A DNA stretch of 64,000 nucleotides from Clostridiales bacterium UBA3678. Its GTDB lineage: Bacteria; Bacillota; Clostridia; TANB77; CAG-508. Positions 58,452-64,000 of the stretch are shown here, one piece after another. The stretch lies in NCBI GenBank assembly GCA_002372935.1, contig DFJF01000004.1, positions 118,002 to 182,001 of the forward strand, in the 5' to 3' direction. How positions within the stretch are numbered: the stretch's first letter is position 1; each line of letters starts with the position of its first letter. The notes below the pieces were generated by a model. The model saw only the letters and a list, made by a program, of their open reading frames with translations, was not told the DNA's origin and ran no database searches. A program made the translations under genes and the position numbers.

Positions 58452-59315
58452 ATGAATAATGAAATAAAGGATGTTTTTGAGGATATAAACAATATATTTA
58501 TAAACAAATTACAAGAAGCTAAAAAAGAGATAAATAATTCTATAGAGATCGAATTATTTAATGATTGTATTGATACATATAAACGTGCGTATAGACTAGT
58601 AGATAATAATAGATTATTGGATGGAATAGTTTTAACAAGGAATGCATTTGAATTAATGATGATGCTATTTGGAATTAGAATAGATGCAAATGTAAGAAAA
58701 GAATATTGTAAAGAAGATAGTTATGAGTGTTATCTTGAAAGAAGAAAGATAAATAAAAAAGCAAAGGATTATTTATCACAAAGTTATTTAAGAAAAATAA
58801 TATTAAAAAAATATGAGAACATAGAAGAAGATTATAACAAAATATATAATGTCTTATCTAAATTTGCTCATCCAACAATTCATAGGAATATGCTAAGATT
58901 TTTTGAAAGAGAAAAAGCAGATGTCGTTTTATTATATCTTAATGTAATAATGGTTTTACCAATTTTATTTTTAGAAATACTTTATGAAGAAAATATAATA
59001 GTTGATGAAACTTTTCAAGATTTAGTAATATTTAAATATATTATAGAAAAGCTTACTTTAATTTATTTTTGCAATTATATGGATAAGGATAAACTAAAAG
59101 AAGTAAATAAATATGCATTTTTAGATATTAATAAAGATTATTATAATAAGATGGAAGATATAATAAAAAAAGAGCTCAAAGAAATTGAAAAAGAATCAAC
59201 AGATAATCAAGAAAAATATAAACAAGCAATAGAAAAAGTTTTATCAAAAGTTGAATATTATAATATTGCTAAAAAATTAATAGATTTAAAACTAATTAAT
59301 GGAGAGAAAGAATGA
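58452..59315 (+). CDS. hypothetical all-alpha protein
   Basis: 287 aa, helical and Lys/Glu-rich, with an LSKFAHPTIH segment. No family recognised. Confidence 0.5.
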   Translation: MNNEIKDVFEDINNIFINKLQEAKKEINNSIEIELFNDCIDTYKRAYRLVDNNRLLDGIVLTRNAFELMMMLFGIRIDANVRKEYCKEDSYECYLERRKINKKAKDYLSQSYLRKIILKKYENIEEDYNKIYNVLSKFAHPTIHRNMLRFFEREKADVVLLYLNVIMVLPILFLEILYEENIIVDETFQDLVIFKYIIEKLTLIYFCNYMDKDKLKEVNKYAFLDINKDYYNKMEDIIKKELKEIEKESTDNQEKYKQAIEKVLSKVEYYNIAKKLIDLKLINGEKE

Positions 59316-59551
59316 AAATAAAATGTTTGAATTGTAATGATATTATTGAATCTAAACATAGGCATGACTTATTAAGCTGCAAATGTAATAATTGTTATAT
59401 TGATGGTGGACAAGATTATTTACATTTTGGAGGAAATGATTTTAGTAAAATCCTAATTATTTTTGATGATGGCACAGAAGTATTGGCAAATGATGAAGAA
59501 AAATATAAAAAGAAATATGAGGAATGGGAAGAAAATAAATACTTAAATTAA
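59312..59551 (+). CDS. small zinc-ribbon protein
   Basis: MKIKCLNCNDIIESKHRHDLLSCKCNNCYIDGGQDY (CxxC...CxC). ATGA start/stop overlap with the upstream gene. Confidence 0.55.
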   Translation: MKIKCLNCNDIIESKHRHDLLSCKCNNCYIDGGQDYLHFGGNDFSKILIIFDDGTEVLANDEEKYKKKYEEWEENKYLN

Positions 59552-59575
59552 TTTAAATAAATAAAATCACAGAAG

Positions 59576-59626
59576 AAAAGCAAAGTATGATAGTAATTAA
59601 TAATTACATGATTATTTTGCTTTTTT
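59576..59626 (+). terminator. possible terminator (long-loop hairpin + T-run)
   Basis: AAAAGCAAA ... TTTGCTTTT with an inner GTAATTA-a-TAATTAC stem, followed by TT. Confidence 0.35.
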
Positions 59627-59673
59627 GATAATAAAAAGAAATTTAGAATATTTTAGAAATATAAGGAGTTATA

Positions 59674-60666
59674 ATGGTTGTATTAAATATTTATGGAAGG
59701 ATAAAGCCTATATGTATATCAAAAAAACTAGGATTGTATATAGCTAATCTTCCTAAAGAAGAACATAATAATTGGAACGATATGTTATATGAAGAAATGA
59801 TTTTAGCTAAAAAAAGAATAGATGAGAGTTCTAAGAGATACAAATTAAAGTCGCCGTTCGAGATAGATAAAATATATTCAGCTGTATGTTTTCCAGCAAA
59901 AGATAAAAAAATAAATAATTATAAGAAGATTCATGAAATTGTTAATAATATGATTTGTGTATATTTAGACTATAATTATGACGATATGCCATTAGGAGGG
60001 TGGGAAACGAATTGTTTTGATGGGAGAATGTGCGAAAATGATTATGCAGAAAAAATTATAAACTTTATATGTAGCATAAATGAAAATGGTAATGTTCCAC
60101 ATTATATCTATTCATCTAATCACGATTTTAACAATCCTTATGGTTTTTTACAATATACATCTGAAACAGATAAATATATAGAAGGATTAAAAGAATGGGG
60201 AAAGAAATTTGATGATTTTTTAATTAGTAAAAACGACTATTTACAATTAGATTATTTAATTAATGCTTTTTTTAAAGACAATGATTATAATGAATATCAT
60301 TTATTAAAATTATATTCATTATGCCAATTATTTTTAGAGAAAGAAAAAGAAACTGAATTAGATAAAAAATTAATTATTTTTTTAGATGATATGTATTCAG
60401 AAGAACTAAAAAATATTATACCTGAGAAGTTACGAAAAATGCGAAATAAAATTGCACATGGGGATTTTATAGCATTTGAAAAATTGGTTGAAGAATTTGC
60501 TTGTGAGATAATGGACAATAACTTCTATTTTGATTATTCAGAATATAGTAGAAAAAATTGGGTTATACTACATATTTGCTGTGAACTTGAAATAGTAGTG
60601 AAAAAAATGATTAATATGTTATTTTTAGATAGAGAAAAATTAGAAAAAATAAAAAATTGTAATTAA
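59674..60666 (+). CDS. protein with C-terminal HEPN-type Rx4H motif (putative RNase effector)
   Basis: 330 aa behind an AAGGAG RBS. The C-terminal helical region contains EKLRKMRNKIAHGDF (R-N-x-x-A-H, the classic HEPN active-site motif). The N-terminal 190 aa or so is unassigned. Confidence 0.55.
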   Translation: MVVLNIYGRIKPICISKKLGLYIANLPKEEHNNWNDMLYEEMILAKKRIDESSKRYKLKSPFEIDKIYSAVCFPAKDKKINNYKKIHEIVNNMICVYLDYNYDDMPLGGWETNCFDGRMCENDYAEKIINFICSINENGNVPHYIYSSNHDFNNPYGFLQYTSETDKYIEGLKEWGKKFDDFLISKNDYLQLDYLINAFFKDNDYNEYHLLKLYSLCQLFLEKEKETELDKKLIIFLDDMYSEELKNIIPEKLRKMRNKIAHGDFIAFEKLVEEFACEIMDNNFYFDYSEYSRKNWVILHICCELEIVVKKMINMLFLDREKLEKIKNCN

Positions 60667-60679
60667 GAGAGGAAATATA

Positions 60680-63600
60680 ATGGAAAATATTGAGCAAAAA
60701 ATTACTAGATTATATGAGGATGGAATTAATTATCAGATAGTTAATAATGAGAAGAATAAATATGAATATACAGAAAAAAACACAATTAAAAATCAAAGTG
60801 AGTTTATTTCTTTATTAAAGAGAAGAAAAGGAATATCTATTATAACAGGCAATAATGGTATAGGTAAGACATATTTACTAAAACAGATTAATAATAAGTT
60901 TATAGAAGAAAACAAAAGAGCAAAATTGATTGAGTTAAAAAACTATAACACCTTAAATGAAATAGAAAATCAAATTATGGATGAATATGAAATTATTATT
61001 TTTGATGGACTGGATGAAATAAATATAAACATAGTAGATAGTGTTATAAATTTAATTTTTGCAATTAAGAATAAAAGAATAATTGTTTCTAGCAGAAAAG
61101 ATTTTTTACAAAAAAATAATATGCTCAATGTTATATATAATGTTTATGAAATAATGCCTATTGAAGAATATAGGGTAAAGCAATTTATAGAAGATTTAGA
61201 CATAGAAGATTTAAAAACAGATAATATTATGAACTTGTTGAAAACTCCAAGATTTTTACTTTATATTATTGATAATATTGAGCAAGTTAAAAATTTGAAA
61301 AAAATTAATAAGTATAATCTATTAAATATGATAATAGAAAATCATCTTGATACGTTAAATAATAGAGCTAATGTAAAAATTGAAAAACATATACATAGAA
61401 AAATATTACAGTCTATGGCATTAGTTATGATGATGGCTGGAAAAACTAATTTAACTATTGAAGAATTTATTACATTTTTAAGTAGAATTAACTATTTAGA
61501 TATTAAAAGTTATATTTTAAATGAAAATATAATTGAAAGTTTTTTGAATAATCAATTAATATTAAATGATGGTAAAATATTACAATTTGAAAATAAGGAG
61601 TTAATGGAATTTTTGGCTGCAAAAGAAATAATTGAAAATGATATATCGAATGAGCATTTATATAATATGGTTATCAATGAAGAAAAAGAAATAGATTCAT
61701 TTTGGTTTAATACTATTACATATTTAGTATGTGAGTCCAAAATATATAGAAGATTAATATTAGAATATATTTATAATAATATAGAAGAACAAGACAATTT
61801 AATAAATCTATTATTTAATATTAATTTTGGATTTGAAGATAAAGAATATGCCAGAATAATATCTAATAAGTTAATTTTCCAATATACAAAGCTATACCAA
61901 TATTTGAGCTATAGCGATAAAAGTATTTTAAACATTGTATCAGCAAATTACAAAGACATATTAAAAATACTGATAGATATACTTAGTAAATTTGATTTTA
62001 AAAGTTCAATTGATGAATTTAATGTTATTTATATAAATAATATATTGTCTATTATAGATAATATTTTAGAAAAATATGCTCCTAAACAAATACAATTAGA
62101 TTGTTTAAAGAAATTTTTAGTGAATAATGAAAAATACATTATGAGTGATAGAAGATTTAATGTTAGATATTTAACTATTTATTCAAGAATAATGAATATA
62201 GATGATATAGATAATTTATTAAATACAGGAAAAATAAACAATAGATTGTTTTCGATAATACTGCATGAATGCCCCCAAAAAAACAAATTACAAAAGTTGG
62301 ACGATATTATTAATAGGTATATTTTAAACTATAAAGATAGATTTGAAGAAGAAGTTTATTTTTTTATGGATGATACCTTAATAAAAGAATTTATAATAAA
62401 CAATTATAATGTAACTAGAATAAATAAATTATTGAATAAATTAGATTCTGATGAAAATATTGCGAGCTTTTTGAGATTTGTAAATAGTAATAATACTGAT
62501 ATTTTGAATAAATTTGATAGAAAAACGATTATTAAGGTTTTATATGCAAAAATAATAAAAAGATTTTTAAAAGAAGATTCTAAAGGTAATATGGAACTTA
62601 GAGAAGAAATAATGTTTGATAGGAGACAGGGGGATGGATTTGAAAAAATAATAGAGTTATGTATAAATTACAAATACATACAGGCTGTCGATTTAAAAAG
62701 TATTAATCCATCAAATTATATAATTCAGTATATTTGTGAATTAATTATAAAAAAACTATTAGAAAAAGGTACGCAAATTCAAGAAATATATAACTCTTTA
62801 ATAAAGAGAGAACTTGTTTTTTATGTTTGGAAAAATGATATATCTAGTATAGAAAAAAAGAAGTATGAGGATGAAATTAAAAGATTATTTCCAGAACAAT
62901 ATAAAAATTATATCATTGCTATGGAAAAATTAAAAAATAGGGATTATGTAGATATAGAAAATAGTATGAAAAAAATTTTAGAAGCTTCAAATATATTTTA
63001 TGTTATAGATAAAATGTATAATTTTGTAAAAGATGATAAAAAGTATAATATGATTATTTCAGATACAATAATGAAAAACACTTTCAAGCAAATCATAAAC
63101 AAAATAAATCAATATATATCTAATTTAGATATTTCAAAATTACAGATTAAATATAATACTAAAGACAAAAATTATACATTAAGTTATGGTGTTATTTTTT
63201 ATTCTAAAGCTATATATATATTAAAGAAAGGTGATATAGACATTAATATATACAATGAGAAAAATATAATACTGCTAAGGGATTATAATAATGAGATAAG
63301 TATTAATTATACGGACAAAGAGTACAAAATTTTTATAGATTATCTAAAAAGAAAGAATAATGAAGGATACATAAGATATTATTTCTATTCGATAATTGAA
63401 AAAATTAAAAATAGTCATATAAATGAATTGTATGATTTGATTTTTCAATGGATAGATAAATATGAATTTGAAGAATATGAAATTAATCAATTATTAAGTG
63501 TATTATGTGAAAACATTAATATTATTGACAAAAATAAACTTGATAAAATAAAAAAATTTAAAGAAAATAAAACTTGTCAAGACTTACTAATACTATTGAA

Positions 63601-64000
63601 TACAGAAAGTGAAATTATTAATAGAATAAATTATATAAAAGAGCATTTAGTATACTCAGGGGATATTTTATCTATTGAAAAGAATTACAATTTTGAATAT
63701 TCATCAGGATACTATACTAGTCCATTAAGCAAAATAGATATAAAATATATAGGATATATAATTGATATAACAGAATTTGCTTTTAAAAAGTATAATGAAG
63801 GTGATTATTTTTATTTTGCAAAATATATTCTAGAGATGGTAACTAGTTTTATAAAAAATAATATTGAAAAACCAGAAGTTTCTAGTCTTATAAAGGAAAT
63901 TATGAATTTGGAGAAAAATAACAATAATAGATATTTATTTAATATATGTAATTCTATATCAACAATGAAAAAATTAAATGTAAAACAATTAGGAAGAACT
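60680..64000 (+). CDS. NACHT-like STAND P-loop NTPase, more than 1,107 aa, 3' end beyond window
   Basis: Absent from the ORF track (no stop in window). Own translation is open for all 1,107 codons. AGAGAGGA RBS, 13 nt after the HEPN gene. Walker A ITGNNGIGKTYLL (aa 55-67), Walker B EIIIFDGLDEI, RIIVSSR, YEIMPIEEYRVKQFIE, LLKTPRFLLYII and FENKELMEFLAAKEI, in NACHT order. More than 800 aa of Asn/Ile/Lys-rich helical C-terminal region. Confidence 0.85.
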   Translation, partial: MENIEQKITRLYEDGINYQIVNNEKNKYEYTEKNTIKNQSEFISLLKRRKGISIITGNNGIGKTYLLKQINNKFIEENKRAKLIELKNYNTLNEIENQIMDEYEIIIFDGLDEININIVDSVINLIFAIKNKRIIVSSRKDFLQKNNMLNVIYNVYEIMPIEEYRVKQFIEDLDIEDLKTDNIMNLLKTPRFLLYIIDNIEQVKNLKKINKYNLLNMIIENHLDTLNNRANVKIEKHIHRKILQSMALVMMMAGKTNLTIEEFITFLSRINYLDIKSYILNENIIESFLNNQLILNDGKILQFENKELMEFLAAKEIIENDISNEHLYNMVINEEKEIDSFWFNTITYLVCESKIYRRLILEYIYNNIEEQDNLINLLFNINFGFEDKEYARIISNKLIFQYTKLYQYLSYSDKSILNIVSANYKDILKILIDILSKFDFKSSIDEFNVIYINNILSIIDNILEKYAPKQIQLDCLKKFLVNNEKYIMSDRRFNVRYLTIYSRIMNIDDIDNLLNTGKINNRLFSIILHECPQKNKLQKLDDIINRYILNYKDRFEEEVYFFMDDTLIKEFIINNYNVTRINKLLNKLDSDENIASFLRFVNSNNTDILNKFDRKTIIKVLYAKIIKRFLKEDSKGNMELREEIMFDRRQGDGFEKIIELCINYKYIQAVDLKSINPSNYIIQYICELIIKKLLEKGTQIQEIYNSLIKRELVFYVWKNDISSIEKKKYEDEIKRLFPEQYKNYIIAMEKLKNRDYVDIENSMKKILEASNIFYVIDKMYNFVKDDKKYNMIISDTIMKNTFKQIINKINQYISNLDISKLQIKYNTKDKNYTLSYGVIFYSKAIYILKKGDIDINIYNEKNIILLRDYNNEISINYTDKEYKIFIDYLKRKNNEGYIRYYFYSIIEKIKNSHINELYDLIFQWIDKYEFEEYEINQLLSVLCENINIIDKNKLDKIKKFKENKTCQDLLILLNTESEIINRINYIKEHLVYSGDILSIEKNYNFEYSSGYYTSPLSKIDIKYIGYIIDITEFAFKKYNEGDYFYFAKYILEMVTSFIKNNIEKPEVSSLIKEIMNLEKNNNNRYLFNICNSISTMKKLNVKQLGRT

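Noticed and set aside
58452-59315. Looked for a HEPN Rx4-6H motif in the 287-aa protein because of its LSKFAHPTIH segment.
   Set aside because: No Arg lies at the required spacing upstream of either His, so it is not called HEPN.

Overview
AT-rich (about 25-30% GC by eye) Firmicutes/Clostridia-type chromosomal segment. No searches were run; every family call comes from motifs read by eye in the supplied or my own translations. Positions 1 to about 43,400 are mostly core genes: murE-mraY-ftsW, fba, acpP, plsX, a GH57 glycogen-branching locus, glyQS, a second divergent murE with yfhO, ferredoxin, yaaT/holB, lepB, ppaC, nth, ytfJ, rsmD, divIVA, sepF, miaA, mutL, two M16 peptidases and a GH13 amylase. 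This part also holds one small foreign insert (Rpn-family nuclease plus an orphan pilin-like gene), a frameshifted smpB, several unannotated micro-ORFs and a dispersed palindromic terminator repeat. From about 43,500 to the window end the region is accessory. It starts with a complete IS21-family element, then a 45-nt 3' fragment of tRNA-fMet flanked by short GGGG-containing direct repeats (attP-like), then a tyrosine integrase, an excisionase-type HTH gene and a frameshifted phage replisome organizer. A stacked defence island follows: (i) MazG-like pyrophosphohydrolase + DUF2075-type nuclease/SF1-helicase + ASCH protein. (ii) An m5C restriction-modification cassette with a controller protein, two PD-(D/E)XK candidates and an embedded AlkA-like HhH-GPD glycosylase. 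(iii) A small operon of unknown function. (iv) A protein with an Rx4H HEPN-type motif, followed 13 nt later by a NACHT-like STAND NTPase of more than 1,107 aa that is absent from the ORF track because it runs off the window. The best candidate for an undescribed system is the split HEPN + STAND pair (59674-64000), followed by the MazG/DUF2075/ASCH module. No rRNA, intact tRNA or CRISPR array was seen.
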